Below, piece by piece: positions 1-9,623 of a stretch of 64,000 bases of DNA (positions are counted from its first letter, which is position 1; the number at the start of each line of letters is the position of its first letter). Made by a program: the position numbers and the translations under genes. The stretch is from Alphaproteobacteria bacterium. GTDB taxonomy: Bacteria; Pseudomonadota; Alphaproteobacteria; SHVZ01. The notes below the pieces were generated by a model, which saw only the letters and a program-made list of their open reading frames with translations, ran no database searches and was not told where the DNA came from. Where the stretch lies: the NCBI GenBank assembly GCA_016869375.1, contig VGEH01000004.1:1247-65246 (forward strand), in the 5' to 3' direction.

Positions 1-1
1 C

Positions 2-517
2 ACAGGGCGGCCGGCGCATGCGCTGGTCGCGGACGGGATCGCCTTCGTGCCGCAGACCGCCAACATCTTCGCGTCGCTGACCATCCACGAGAACCTGGTG
101 GTCGGCGGGCACACGGTGCGAGGCGACCTCAGGTCTCGCCTCGAGCGCTCCTACGCGATGTTCCCGGAGCTGGCGGCCAAGCGCAATCAGCGCGCCCGCG
201 TGCTCTCGGGCGGTCAGCGCCAGATGCTGGCAATCGGGCGAGCGTTGATGACCAACCCGTCCGTGGTCGTTCTCGACGAGCCGACTGCGGGCCTTGCCCC
301 CAAGGTCGTGGGCGAGGTTTTCGTCGAGCTCCGGCGACTGGCGACGAGCGGTGTCGCCGTCCTGATGGTCGAGCAAAATGCCCGTGCCGCGCTCGCGATC
401 TCCGACCGCGGCTGCGTGCTCGCCGAAGGCAGGAACCGCGCCGGCGGCCGGGCCGCCGATCTCCTGGCCGATACCGTCCTGGCCGAGGCCTTCCTCGGCG
501 GAAGGAAGGCGCATTGA
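2..517 (+). CDS. livF: Branched-chain-amino-acid-type ABC transporter ATP-binding protein (LivF-like); 5' end lies outside the window
   Basis: The frame is open from nt 2. The translation has the ABC signature LSGGQRQM and Walker B VVVLDEPTAGL. LivH/LivM-like permeases follow directly. Confidence 0.85.
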   Translation, partial: TGRPAHALVADGIAFVPQTANIFASLTIHENLVVGGHTVRGDLRSRLERSYAMFPELAAKRNQRARVLSGGQRQMLAIGRALMTNPSVVVLDEPTAGLAPKVVGEVFVELRRLATSGVAVLMVEQNARAALAISDRGCVLAEGRNRAGGRAADLLADTVLAEAFLGGRKAH

Positions 518-1413
518 TGCTGGCGCAGTCGCTCGCCGACGGCATCCTGACCGGCGCGATCATCGCGCTCGGCGCGATCGGCGTCTCCTTCGGCCTGCAG
601 ATCCTGAAGTTTGCGAACTTCGCCCATTCGGAGCTGCTGACCTGGGGCGCCTATCTGGCGCTGGTCTTCGTCGCCTTCGCCGGACCTGGCACGCCGACCG
701 CGGAGCTTTCCTTCGGCTGGCAGATGATGGCGGCGATGCTGCTGGCGGCGCTCTTGACCGGCGGCCTCGCCTGGCTCGTCGATCTCCTGATCTTCCGGCG
801 GCTCCGGCGGATGGGCTCGCATCCGATGTCGCTGGTCTTCGCCGCTTTCGGCGCCGCCCTGGTCATGCGGCACGTCGTCGTGCTGATCTGGGGGCACGGC
901 ACGCATTTCTATACGCGCGAGCTGCAGATCGCGATCGAGGTCCTGCCCGGCGTGCGCATGCTGCCGGATCAGATCTTCATCCTTGGGCTCGCGATCGTCA
1001 TCGTCGTGGCGCTCCACCTCTATCTGACCTACAGCCGAACCGGCATGGCCATGCGGGCGATGGCGGAAAGCCCGTCGCTCGCGCGCGCCTGCGGCATCGA
1101 GGTCGAGAACGTGATCCGCTGGACCTGGATCCTCTCCGGCGGTCTCGCCGCGATGGCCGGCGTGTTCCTGGGCCTGACGCCGCAGCTCCACCCGGAGATG
1201 GGCTTCAGCCTTCTGCTCGCGCTCTTCGCCGCCTCGATCCTGGGCGGCACCGGGTCTCTCGCCGGTGCCGTGATCGGCGGCCTCCTGGTCGGTCTCGCCG
1301 AGAACCTGTCGGTGTTCTTAATCGGTTCCGGCTACAAGACGGCGATGCCGTTCCTCGTCCTGTTGCTCGTCCTCTTCTTCCGGCCGCAAGGCCTGTTCGG
1401 AGAGAAGTCGTGA
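517..1413 (+). CDS. livH: Branched-chain amino acid ABC transporter permease (LivH-like)
   Basis: Polytopic membrane protein with AA-permease-2-type sequence. ATG 517 overlaps the livF TGA (TGATG) and GGAAGGAAGG lies 8 nt upstream. The track start at 514 is TTG. Confidence 0.85.
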   Translation: MLAQSLADGILTGAIIALGAIGVSFGLQILKFANFAHSELLTWGAYLALVFVAFAGPGTPTAELSFGWQMMAAMLLAALLTGGLAWLVDLLIFRRLRRMGSHPMSLVFAAFGAALVMRHVVVLIWGHGTHFYTRELQIAIEVLPGVRMLPDQIFILGLAIVIVVALHLYLTYSRTGMAMRAMAESPSLARACGIEVENVIRWTWILSGGLAAMAGVFLGLTPQLHPEMGFSLLLALFAASILGGTGSLAGAVIGGLLVGLAENLSVFLIGSGYKTAMPFLVLLLVLFFRPQGLFGEKS

Positions 1414-2357
1414 TCGGTATCTTCTCCTATCTGGTCTTCTTCGCCTGCATCGTGCTGATCCTCGGTGTCATGACGCTCGGGCTCAATCTGCAATGGGGCT
1501 ACACAGGCCTCTTCAACGCCGGCGTCGTCGGCTTCTACGCGATCGGCGCCTATGCGCATGCGATCCTGGTCACGGCGCCGCGGCCCGATCTTATCGGCAA
1601 TTTCGGCCTTCCCTGGATCGTCGGCATCGCCGGCGCGATGGCGGCGAGCGCGCTCGCCGCGTGGATCATTGGCCTCGCCACCATCCGATTGCGTGGCGAC
1701 TACCTCGCCATCGCCACCTTCGGTATCGCCACCACCATTCAGCTGGTGACGCTGAACTGGGACAGCTTGACCGGCGGCGCTCAAGGACTGCCGGCGATCC
1801 CGCGGCCGCTCTCGACCTGGTTCGGCAGCCCGCTTGGCTTCAACCTCTTCTACCTGGGGCTCCTGATCGCCATCGTCGGCCTGGTCTACTGGGCGCTCGA
1901 GCGCATCTTGAGGTCGCCCTGGGGCCGGGTGCTGAAGGCGATCCGCGAGGACGAGACCGCGGCGATCGCCCTCGGCAAGAGCGCGCAGAGCTTCCGCCTC
2001 CAGGCCTTCGTGCTCGGCTCGACGCTGATGGGGCTGGCCGGGGCGCTCTATGTCAGCTTCATCGGCTTCGTCAGCCCCTTCGACTTCCTGCCGATTCTCA
2101 CATTCCAGATTTGGGCCATGCTGATCGTCGGCGGCAGCGGCAACAACAAGGGAGCCCTGCTCGGCGCGCTGACCATCTGGGGCATCTGGGCCGCCTCCGG
2201 CGTCCTGATCGCCAAGCTGGTGCCGCCCGCCTATGCCGCGCAGGGCGGCGCCGTCCAGGTGATCCTGATCGGTCTCCTTCTGGTCGCCTCCCTGCTGTTC
2301 CGGCCGCGCGGGCTGATCGGCGAGGTTCCAGTGGTCTCGCGCCACGCCGATGACTAA
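1410..2357 (+). CDS. livM: Branched-chain amino acid ABC transporter permease (LivM-like)
   Basis: GTG 1410 overlaps the livH stop (GTGA). The hydrophobic sequence starts VIGIFSYLVFFACIVL. The upstream part of ORF 378..2357 is Arg/Pro-rich junk. Confidence 0.8.
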   Translation: MIGIFSYLVFFACIVLILGVMTLGLNLQWGYTGLFNAGVVGFYAIGAYAHAILVTAPRPDLIGNFGLPWIVGIAGAMAASALAAWIIGLATIRLRGDYLAIATFGIATTIQLVTLNWDSLTGGAQGLPAIPRPLSTWFGSPLGFNLFYLGLLIAIVGLVYWALERILRSPWGRVLKAIREDETAAIALGKSAQSFRLQAFVLGSTLMGLAGALYVSFIGFVSPFDFLPILTFQIWAMLIVGGSGNNKGALLGALTIWGIWAASGVLIAKLVPPAYAAQGGAVQVILIGLLLVASLLFRPRGLIGEVPVVSRHADD

Positions 2358-2399
2358 GCTTCCCCCATAAGAGCGGCGTCCTAGAGGGAGACTCGCGTC

Positions 2400-3659
2400 A
2401 TGAAGAAGTGGATTGCGCTTTCGGCCGCGCTGGTTGCGGCGGTCGCGCTGGCACCGTCCGATGCGGCGGCGCAGGCGAATTGCCCGGTGAAGATCGGCGG
2501 CGTGCTGCCGCTGACCGGATCGATGGGCCCGATCACCAAGAAGATCGCCGAGAGCGCGCAGCTCGCGGTCGAGCACATCAATGCGGGTGGCGGCGTCAAG
2601 GGCTGCCCGGTGCAGTTCATCCTGCGCGACGATCAGGGCCAGCCGACTGTCGGCGTCGACGCCGCCAAGTACCTGGTCGAGGTCGAGCGCGTGCAGGCTT
2701 TCACCGGCACGATCTCCTCGGGCGTCACCGGCCCGATCATCTCCTCGATCACCGCGCCGTCGAAGGTCGTGCAGATCAGCTGCTGCTCGACCGCGACGCC
2801 GTTCACGCTCGATGGCCGCAGCCAGGGCTATTTCTTCCGCACGCTCCCGACCAGCAAGACGCAGGCCGTCGCGACTGCCAGCGAGATGGCGCGCCGCGGC
2901 CTCAAGCGGACGGCGATCATCTACGTCAACACCGACTTCGGCCAGGACATGACGCGCTTCGTCAAGCTGGCGCTGCCGAAGCTCGGCGGCGACATCGTCG
3001 CCGAGGTGCCCTACACCGACAACCAGCCGAGCTATCGCGCCGAGGTCACCAAGGCGTTGGCCGAGAAGCCGGAGTCGCTGCTGCTGATCGGCTTCCCCAA
3101 GGATGCCGTCACCATCGTGCGCGAATGGCTGTCGCTCGGCGGCACGCAGAAGATCGCGCTCAACAACTCGATGCGGGTGAAGGACTTCGTCGACGGCGTC
3201 GGCGGACGCTTCCTCAACGAGTCGTTCGGCATGGATAACGCCCAGGTCCAGGGACCGACCGTCGATGCGTTCAACAAGGCCTTCGAGGAGAAGTACAAAT
3301 ACGACAGCAAGGGCCCTGGAGTGCATACCCAATACGACGCCATGATGGCGATTGCCCTGGCGATGAACATCGCCAAGGATCTGACCGGGCCGTCGATCAA
3401 GGATGCCGTCCGCCAGATCCACGCCGCGGGCGGCGCCACCGTCGGCACTGGGCCTGAGGAGTACAAGAAGGCGCTTGAGCTGATCAAGGCCGGCAAGCCG
3501 ATCAAGTATCATGGCGCCACCGGGCCGATCGAGTTCGACGTCAATGGCGATGTCACCGGACCGGCGCTGGTGTGGAAGATCGTGAACGGCGAGATCGTCA
3601 CCGATCACGTCATCTCGATCGACCAGATGCAGGCGCTGTTCAAGCGGATCGACGGCTGA
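2400..3659 (+). CDS. ABC transporter substrate-binding protein (Leu/Ile/Val-binding, type I periplasmic binding fold family)
   Basis: Signal peptide MKKWIALSAALVAAVALAPSDAAAQA. AGAGGGAG Shine-Dalgarno upstream. The size and sequence fit the LivK family. Confidence 0.85.
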   Translation: MKKWIALSAALVAAVALAPSDAAAQANCPVKIGGVLPLTGSMGPITKKIAESAQLAVEHINAGGGVKGCPVQFILRDDQGQPTVGVDAAKYLVEVERVQAFTGTISSGVTGPIISSITAPSKVVQISCCSTATPFTLDGRSQGYFFRTLPTSKTQAVATASEMARRGLKRTAIIYVNTDFGQDMTRFVKLALPKLGGDIVAEVPYTDNQPSYRAEVTKALAEKPESLLLIGFPKDAVTIVREWLSLGGTQKIALNNSMRVKDFVDGVGGRFLNESFGMDNAQVQGPTVDAFNKAFEEKYKYDSKGPGVHTQYDAMMAIALAMNIAKDLTGPSIKDAVRQIHAAGGATVGTGPEEYKKALELIKAGKPIKYHGATGPIEFDVNGDVTGPALVWKIVNGEIVTDHVISIDQMQALFKRIDG

Positions 3660-3667
3660 CGCCGAGC

Positions 3668-3705
3668 GACCGGCCGGCAGCGATGCCGGCCGGTCTCCTT
3701 GCTTT
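3668..3705 (+). terminator. Rho-independent terminator/attenuator-like hairpin after the binding-protein gene
   Basis: Perfect 12-bp stem GACCGGCCGGCA / TGCCGGCCGGTC with a GCGA loop, followed by TCCTTGCTTT. Confidence 0.6.
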
Positions 3706-3717
3706 AAGAGGACTCCC

Positions 3718-4065
3718 GTGAGCGACGATCGCTACGAGCTCTATGACCTCAAGGTCGAGGTCGTGGCGCCGCCGGATTCGCGTGTCTATTGCGGCGCCAA
3801 GATCGGCGACTCCTTCGAGTTGCGCGGCGAGATGCTGCATCTCCCGCCGGGCCAGGGGTTCTCCATCTACTCTCTTGCGGCTCTACTGCCGCTCCTGCCG
3901 GCGAAACAGCGGCCGACCCATCCAAACGACTGGATGTCGACGGATGCTGAGGTCGCCTGTCCGGATCCCAATTGTCCGACGCGCTTTCGCATCACCCGCT
4001 TAGGGAAACGCGGCTTCGCGCATGCAGACGTGACCGCCGTGCCTCTCGACGGAAAGAAGGGCTGA
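3718..4065 (+). CDS. Small conserved Cys-containing protein, TIGR04076-like family
   Basis: 115 aa with a GTG start and AAGAGGA upstream. The YDLKVEV...CG.KIGD.F...LLPLLP...CPDPNCP pattern matches my memory of the TIGR04076 family. Confidence 0.6.
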   Translation: MSDDRYELYDLKVEVVAPPDSRVYCGAKIGDSFELRGEMLHLPPGQGFSIYSLAALLPLLPAKQRPTHPNDWMSTDAEVACPDPNCPTRFRITRLGKRGFAHADVTAVPLDGKKG

Positions 4066-4066
4066 C

Positions 4067-5119
4067 ATGGCGGTCGAACGGCAGGAGCTGGCGCCTGGCT
4101 ACGAGATCTCGCGCCTTCTTCGCGGCGGCTGGCAGCTCGCCGGCGGCCACGGGCGGGTCGATCGCGAACGTGCGGTCGACGACATGGCGGCTTTCGTCGA
4201 CCAAGGCGTAACCACTTTCGACTGCGCGGACATCTACACCGGCGCCGAGGAGATGATCGGCGACTTCCGGAGCCGCTTCGAACGCCAGCGCGGCAGGGCG
4301 GCTCTGCGGACGCTCAAGGTGCACACGAAGTTCGTGCCGGACTGGGACAAGCTCGGGAAGCTCGACCGCGGCTACGTCGAGAGCATCATCGACCGTTCGC
4401 TCATACGCCTGAAGATGGAGCGCCTCGACCTTGTTCAGTTCCACTGGTGGAACTACGCGGTGCCGGGCGCCGTCGAAGCGGCGCTGATCCTCCGCGACCT
4501 TCAGCGCGCCGGAAAGATCGACCGCGTCGGCGCCACGAACTTCGATACCCCGAACACGAAAGCGCTGATCGACGCCGGTGTGCCGCTGGTCTCCATGCAG
4601 ATCCAGTACTCGCTGCTGGATCCCCGCGCCGAGAACGGGCTCGTTCAGCTGGCACGGGAGAAGGGCTTTGGTCTGCTCTGCTACGGCACCTTGGCCGGCG
4701 GCTTCCTGACCGACACCTGGCTCAACAAGCCGGAGCCGGCCGAGGGCACGCTGACCAACCGTTCGCTGATCAAGTACAAGCTGATCATCGACGATTTCGG
4801 CGGCTGGGGCCTGTTTCAGGAGCTGCTCACCGTCCTTGATGCCGTCGCGCGCCGGCATGGCGTCACCATCGCCGCCGTCGCCGGTCGCTGGATGCTCGAC
4901 CGGCCAGGCGTCGCCGGCATCATCGTCGGGGCGCGCTACGCCGACCACCTTGCGGCTGATCTCAAGATCTTCGATGTCATCCTCGATGCCGCGGATCGCG
5001 CCGCCATAGACCAGGTGCTGGCGCGCCGCCAGGGACCGCGCGGCGACACCTTCGAACTCGAGCGCGACCGCAACGGACGCCACGGTCGCATCATGAAGTA
5101 CAATCTGAACGCGGCCTGA
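4067..5119 (+). CDS. Aldo/keto reductase family oxidoreductase
   Basis: 350 aa with AKR-like blocks (TFDCADIYTGAEE, DLVQFHWW, ATNFD). It starts 1 nt after the preceding stop. Confidence 0.85.
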   Translation: MAVERQELAPGYEISRLLRGGWQLAGGHGRVDRERAVDDMAAFVDQGVTTFDCADIYTGAEEMIGDFRSRFERQRGRAALRTLKVHTKFVPDWDKLGKLDRGYVESIIDRSLIRLKMERLDLVQFHWWNYAVPGAVEAALILRDLQRAGKIDRVGATNFDTPNTKALIDAGVPLVSMQIQYSLLDPRAENGLVQLAREKGFGLLCYGTLAGGFLTDTWLNKPEPAEGTLTNRSLIKYKLIIDDFGGWGLFQELLTVLDAVARRHGVTIAAVAGRWMLDRPGVAGIIVGARYADHLAADLKIFDVILDAADRAAIDQVLARRQGPRGDTFELERDRNGRHGRIMKYNLNAA

Positions 5120-5120
5120 T

Positions 5121-6578
5121 GTGAAGACTCCCGAACGCACGACGCTCGCTCCCGGGCTCGAGATCAGCCGCATCGTCACCGGCCTCTGGCAGGTCGCCGA
5201 TCAGGAGCGCGACGGGAAGACCCTCGACCCGGTCGCCTCGGCCGAGGCGATGGCCGACTACGCGGCGGCCGGTTTCGACACCTTCGACATGGCGGATCAC
5301 TACGGCAGCGCCGAAGTGATCACCGGCCATTTTCTGCGCGGTGCCGGGGCGACCCCCAGGTCACGTGCCTTCACCAAGTGGTGCCCGACGCCGGGACCTA
5401 TGACGACCGAGCTCGTCACTGCGGGCATCGGGCGCTCTCTGGAGCGTCTGCAGGTTGGGGCCATCGACTTGCTGCAGTTCCACTGGTGGACCTTCCAGCA
5501 TCTCGACTACATCGAGGCGCTCGAGGAGCTGAAGGCGCTCAAAGAGGCCGGAGCCATCCGTCACCTCGGTCTCACCAACTTCGACACGGATCACCTGCGC
5601 GTCGCGGTCAAGCACGGTATCCCGATCGTAAGCAACCAGGTCTCCTTCTCGCTGCTCGATCGCCGCGCCGCCGGCGACATGACGGATTTCTGCCTTGAGA
5701 ACGGCGTACGCCTGCTCGCCTATGGCACGCTCGGCGGTGGCTTCCTGACCGACGCCTGGCTCGGCAAGTCGGAGCCGGTGAGCATCCCCGACTGGAGCAA
5801 GTCGAAGTACAAGCGTTTCATCGATGCCATCGGCGGCTGGCCGGTTCTGCAGAGACTGCTGCAGACGCTGTCGGACATCGGCAAGAAGCATGGCGCCTCG
5901 ATCGCCAACGTTGCCACGCGCTGGGTGCTGCGGCAGCCGGCGGTCGCCGCGATCATCGTCGGCGCCCGCCTGGGTGAGCGCGAGCATCGTGCCGACAATC
6001 TCAAGCTCTTCTCCTTCGCGCTCGACCAGGGCGACCTGGCGGCGATCGAGACGAGCCTGTCGGGATCGAAGTCGATCCCCGGCGATTGCGGTGACGAGTA
6101 CCGGAAGCCGCCTTTCCTCACCGCCTCGGGCGATCTCAGCCATCACCTGGAGAGTATCCCGAAGTTCTTCGCGGCGGCGCCGGTGCCCGGGCGCCCGGGC
6201 CGGATGCGCGTTTTCTCCGGCAGCGAATGGGAGCCCATCGCCGGCTATTCGCGCGCGGTCCGCGTCGGCAACCGCATCCTGGTCAGCGGCACGACGGCGA
6301 CCGCCGGCGCCGGCAAGGTGGTCTGCCCCGGCGATGTTGGCGGCCAGACCGTGTTCATCCTCGACAAGCTCGCCGCCAGCCTCGCCGCGCTCGGCGGCAG
6401 CCTCGAAGACGTGGTGCGGACGCGCATCTACCTCGCAGATGCCGGCCAATGGGAGCCAGCTTCGCGCGCGCATGGCCGCTACTTCCGCGATGTCTTGCCG
6501 GCCAATACTCTGTACGAGATCGGTCGTCTCGTCGGCGACTACTTGGTCGAGATCGAGGCGGAAGCGGTCGTCGACTAG
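5121..6578 (+). CDS. Aldo/keto reductase fused to a C-terminal RidA/YjgF/L-PSP domain
   Basis: The N-terminal ~330 aa is paralogous to the preceding AKR (DLLQFHWW, LTNFD). The C-terminal ~125 aa (YSRAVRVGNRILVSGTTA...VRTRIYL...VEIEAEAVV) looks RidA-like. Confidence 0.8.
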   Translation: MKTPERTTLAPGLEISRIVTGLWQVADQERDGKTLDPVASAEAMADYAAAGFDTFDMADHYGSAEVITGHFLRGAGATPRSRAFTKWCPTPGPMTTELVTAGIGRSLERLQVGAIDLLQFHWWTFQHLDYIEALEELKALKEAGAIRHLGLTNFDTDHLRVAVKHGIPIVSNQVSFSLLDRRAAGDMTDFCLENGVRLLAYGTLGGGFLTDAWLGKSEPVSIPDWSKSKYKRFIDAIGGWPVLQRLLQTLSDIGKKHGASIANVATRWVLRQPAVAAIIVGARLGEREHRADNLKLFSFALDQGDLAAIETSLSGSKSIPGDCGDEYRKPPFLTASGDLSHHLESIPKFFAAAPVPGRPGRMRVFSGSEWEPIAGYSRAVRVGNRILVSGTTATAGAGKVVCPGDVGGQTVFILDKLAASLAALGGSLEDVVRTRIYLADAGQWEPASRAHGRYFRDVLPANTLYEIGRLVGDYLVEIEAEAVVD

Positions 6579-8278
6579 CGCTTGGGTTCTCCGTACCAGC
6601 GGGGCGTGTAGACCCAGGGGGTAAGATCGATAGTGCGCGTCGTCGACGACCCGATCAGCACCACCGTCCGCATGTCCACCATCTCCGGCGTGAGCTCGGC
6701 GAGCGTCACCTGACGCATCGTCTCGTCCGGCCGGCCGATATCTCGTCCGAGAATCACCGGCGTCTCCGGCTTGCGATGCGCGCAGAGGATTTCGATCGCG
6801 CGGCCGAGCTGCCAGGGACGCGCGCGCGAGATCGGGTTGTAGAGCGCGAGCACGAGATCGGCGGACGCGGCGAGCTCCAGCCGGCGCTCGATGATCTCCC
6901 AGGGCTTCAGATTGTCGGAAAGGGAGAGGACGCAGAAATCGTGGCCGAGCGGCGCTCCGGCGCGGGCTGCCGCCGCCTGCGCTGCCGAGATGCCGGGCAT
7001 GACGACGATCTCGACGCCGCGCCAGGCGGGGCTCTCGGCTCCATCGAGCGCCTCCATCACCGCCGCGGCCATGGCGAAGATGCCGGGATCGCCTGAAGAG
7101 ACCACGGCGACGCGCCGGCCCTGCGCGGCGAGAGACAGCGCATGCCGGGCGCGTTCGAGCTCCTCGCGGTTATCGGAGGCATGGATCGCTTGGTCCGGCC
7201 GGAACGGTCCCGCCATGCGCACATAGGTCTCGTAGCCGACGATGTCCTGGGCCTCTGCCAGCGCGCGGACGGCCTCGGGCGTGCGCCAGTCGAGTGTGCC
7301 GGGTCCGAGCCCGATGACGGCGAGCCGGCCGCGAGCTCGCCCGGTCGAGGCGATGTCGAGCGGCGCGGCGGCGACGGCGATGGCGGCCGAGGCGTCGGCG
7401 GGGCTCTGCTCGATCGGCACGGGTATCGCGGCTCGCGCGATCTCGGCCGGCGATCCGTCGATGCCGAAGAAGCGCAGCGGCTTGGCGAGAGCGGCGGCGA
7501 CCGCGTGGATCTCCGGCTTATCGGCGTGGCGCTCCGCGGCGAGGACGGCCGCAACCGATTGCGGTGCGATGCCGGCTTGTCGTAGCGCTTCGACGACGTG
7601 CGTCGACAGATCCGGTTGCCCGGCAGCGACGGCGACGACGACCGAGCGCGGATGGAACACCAGCTCGCGTTCTCTGGGCTCGACGTCGCGCACGGTGACG
7701 GTGATCGTGAGCTGGCCGGCGGGATCGAAGGGGAGGCGTGTCTCGGCAAGCCACGGTGCGTCGCCGGAGAGGCGGACCTTCTCGCCGGCGAGCAGATCGG
7801 ACATGAAGCGCTTGCCGGCGCCGGGATTGCGGACGACGTAGCCAGCGGGTGGATGCTCCAGCGTCGCGCCGAAGCGGACCTCGCCGGTGGTCGTGATCGC
7901 GGGCACGGTGTCCAGCGCCTGGCCGATGCGGCGCGCGAGATCGTTGACCCCGCGAAGCCCGCCGAGCAGCGGCACCACGGCGCTGCCATCCTCGGCGACG
8001 GCGATGATCGGCGGCTCGGCGTGCTTGTCTTGCAGCAGCGGTGCCAGTGCCCTGATGACGATGCCCGCGGCGCAGAAGGCGACGATCGGCACATCCTCGC
8101 GGAACAGGCGACGGACGGTTTCGCCGAACTCGTCGAAGGAAAAGTCGGTGTCACTGGTGCGGCCGGCGAGCCCGTAGATCGCAGCCCCGTCGAGTGCGCC
8201 GCGGACGCGCCTCGCGGCTTCCAGGCTGCCCTCGCCGAGGATGACGATGGTCGGCGCCTTGGTGCTTACGCCTGCCAT
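6575..8278 (-). CDS. cobJ: Bifunctional CbiG-like protein / precorrin-3B C17-methyltransferase (CobJ)
   Basis: 567 aa. The N-terminal ~300 aa resembles CbiG. The C-terminal half has the tetrapyrrole methylase motif [18 protein letters not shown]. It lies at the end of the cobGHI operon. Confidence 0.85.
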   Translation of the reverse strand: MAGVSTKAPTIVILGEGSLEAARRVRGALDGAAIYGLAGRTSDTDFSFDEFGETVRRLFREDVPIVAFCAAGIVIRALAPLLQDKHAEPPIIAVAEDGSAVVPLLGGLRGVNDLARRIGQALDTVPAITTTGEVRFGATLEHPPAGYVVRNPGAGKRFMSDLLAGEKVRLSGDAPWLAETRLPFDPAGQLTITVTVRDVEPRERELVFHPRSVVVAVAAGQPDLSTHVVEALRQAGIAPQSVAAVLAAERHADKPEIHAVAAALAKPLRFFGIDGSPAEIARAAIPVPIEQSPADASAAIAVAAAPLDIASTGRARGRLAVIGLGPGTLDWRTPEAVRALAEAQDIVGYETYVRMAGPFRPDQAIHASDNREELERARHALSLAAQGRRVAVVSSGDPGIFAMAAAVMEALDGAESPAWRGVEIVVMPGISAAQAAAARAGAPLGHDFCVLSLSDNLKPWEIIERRLELAASADLVLALYNPISRARPWQLGRAIEILCAHRKPETPVILGRDIGRPDETMRQVTLAELTPEMVDMRTVVLIGSSTTRTIDLTPWVYTPRWYGEPKR

Positions 8279-8997
8279 TTCTGGCCGGGGATCAGGATCA
8301 TCGAGAAATAGGGAACGGAGGCCGCATCGACCTCGGCCAGCGGCGCCGAGCGCTGGTTCTCCATCGTCGCCCGCTCGATGTAGAGCGCGCGGCCGGCGAG
8401 GCCGAGGTTGGTGACGACCCGGCGCACCTTCTCGAAATTGCGGCCGAGCTTCATCACCGCCGCGGCATCCGCTGCGGCGAGGCGCTTTGTCAGTTCCTCT
8501 TCCGGCAGCACGCCGGAGAGCACGGCAAGGCTCTGGTTGCGATAGGTGAGGGGAGCGCCGAGCGCGGATGAGCAGGCGACGATCGAGCAGACGCCGGGCA
8601 CGACCTCGGTCTTGTATCGCGACGCGAGGCGGTCATGCAGGTACATGAACGAGCCGTAGAAGAACGGATCGCCTTCGCAGATCACCGCGACGTCGCGGCC
8701 CTGGTCGAGATGGCCGGCGACGGTCGCCGCCGCCTCGTCATAGAAGCCGGCGATGATCTCATCGTAGCTGAGCGGCGGCGGCAGGAACTCGGTCGTCACC
8801 GGATAGACCAGCGGCACGATTGTCTGCTCTGGCTGCAGATGGGCCTCGATGATCGAATAGGCGTTGCCCTTCTTGCCCTTGGCGACGAGATAGGCCACCA
8901 CCGGCGCCGCGCGCAGGAGGCGGAGCGCCTTGACGGTGATCAGCTCGGGATCGCCCGGCCCGACGCCGAGGCCGAGGAGACGTCCGGTCGCCGGCAT
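8266..8997 (-). CDS. cobI: Precorrin-2 C20-methyltransferase
   Basis: [17 protein letters not shown] methylase motif. The ATG overlaps the cobH TGA (TGATG). The 3' end overlaps the cobJ start by 13 nt. Confidence 0.85.
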   Translation of the reverse strand: MPATGRLLGLGVGPGDPELITVKALRLLRAAPVVAYLVAKGKKGNAYSIIEAHLQPEQTIVPLVYPVTTEFLPPPLSYDEIIAGFYDEAAATVAGHLDQGRDVAVICEGDPFFYGSFMYLHDRLASRYKTEVVPGVCSIVACSSALGAPLTYRNQSLAVLSGVLPEEELTKRLAAADAAAVMKLGRNFEKVRRVVTNLGLAGRALYIERATMENQRSAPLAEVDAASVPYFSMILIPGQKWQA

Positions 8998-9623
8998 CAC
9001 TCGATCTCCGTCGCCAACGCATTGACCGCTGCGGCGACCATGGCGCTGCCGCCGCGCCGCCCACTGACGACCACGAAGGGCACGCCGCGGCTGTTCTCGG
9101 CAAGCGCGTTCTTGGACTCGGCGGCGCCGACGAAACCGACGGGAAACCCGAGGATCAACGCCGGCTTCGGCGCGCCCTCGTCAAGCTTTTCGAGCAGGCG
9201 GAAAAGGGCGGTGGGCGCATTGCCGATCGCCACCACCGATCCCGCCAGATGCGGCAGCCAGAGATCGAGCGCGGCGGCGGAGCGCGTGTTGCCGATCTTC
9301 CGCGCGAGACCGGGCACCAGCGGATCGTCGAGCGTGCAGATCACGCGGTTCTCCGCCGGCAGCCGCGAGCGGGTGATGCCGTCGGCGACCATCTTCGCAT
9401 CGCAGAGGATCGGTGCACCCCCTGCCAGGGCCTCCCGTCCTGCCGCGCCGGCACTGGCGGAGAAGCGGAGATCGCCGATGACGTCGACCATGCCGCAGGC
9501 ATGAACGACGCGGACGGCGAGCTTCGAGAGATCGGGCGGGATGCCGGAGAGATCGGCTTCCTCGCGGATGATCGAGAAGGAGCGCCGATAGATTTCCTGG
9601 CCGTCGCGAATGTAGTCGATCAC
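8997..9623 (-). CDS. cobH: Precorrin-8X methylmutase
   Basis: 208 aa with a CobH/CbiC-like sequence ([15 protein letters not shown]...VHACGM). GTGA overlap with cobG. Confidence 0.85.
   Translation of the reverse strand: MIDYIRDGQEIYRRSFSIIREEADLSGIPPDLSKLAVRVVHACGMVDVIGDLRFSASAGAAGREALAGGAPILCDAKMVADGITRSRLPAENRVICTLDDPLVPGLARKIGNTRSAAALDLWLPHLAGSVVAIGNAPTALFRLLEKLDEGAPKPALILGFPVGFVGAAESKNALAENSRGVPFVVVSGRRGGSAMVAAAVNALATEIE

Noticed and set aside
1332-3608. 758-aa minus-strand ORF opposite the livM-like and binding-protein genes
   Set aside because: It is an antisense shadow ORF. The composition is dominated by R/D/G/A/H/L and it has no motifs. It lies opposite genes with clear family signatures, which is typical of high-GC DNA.
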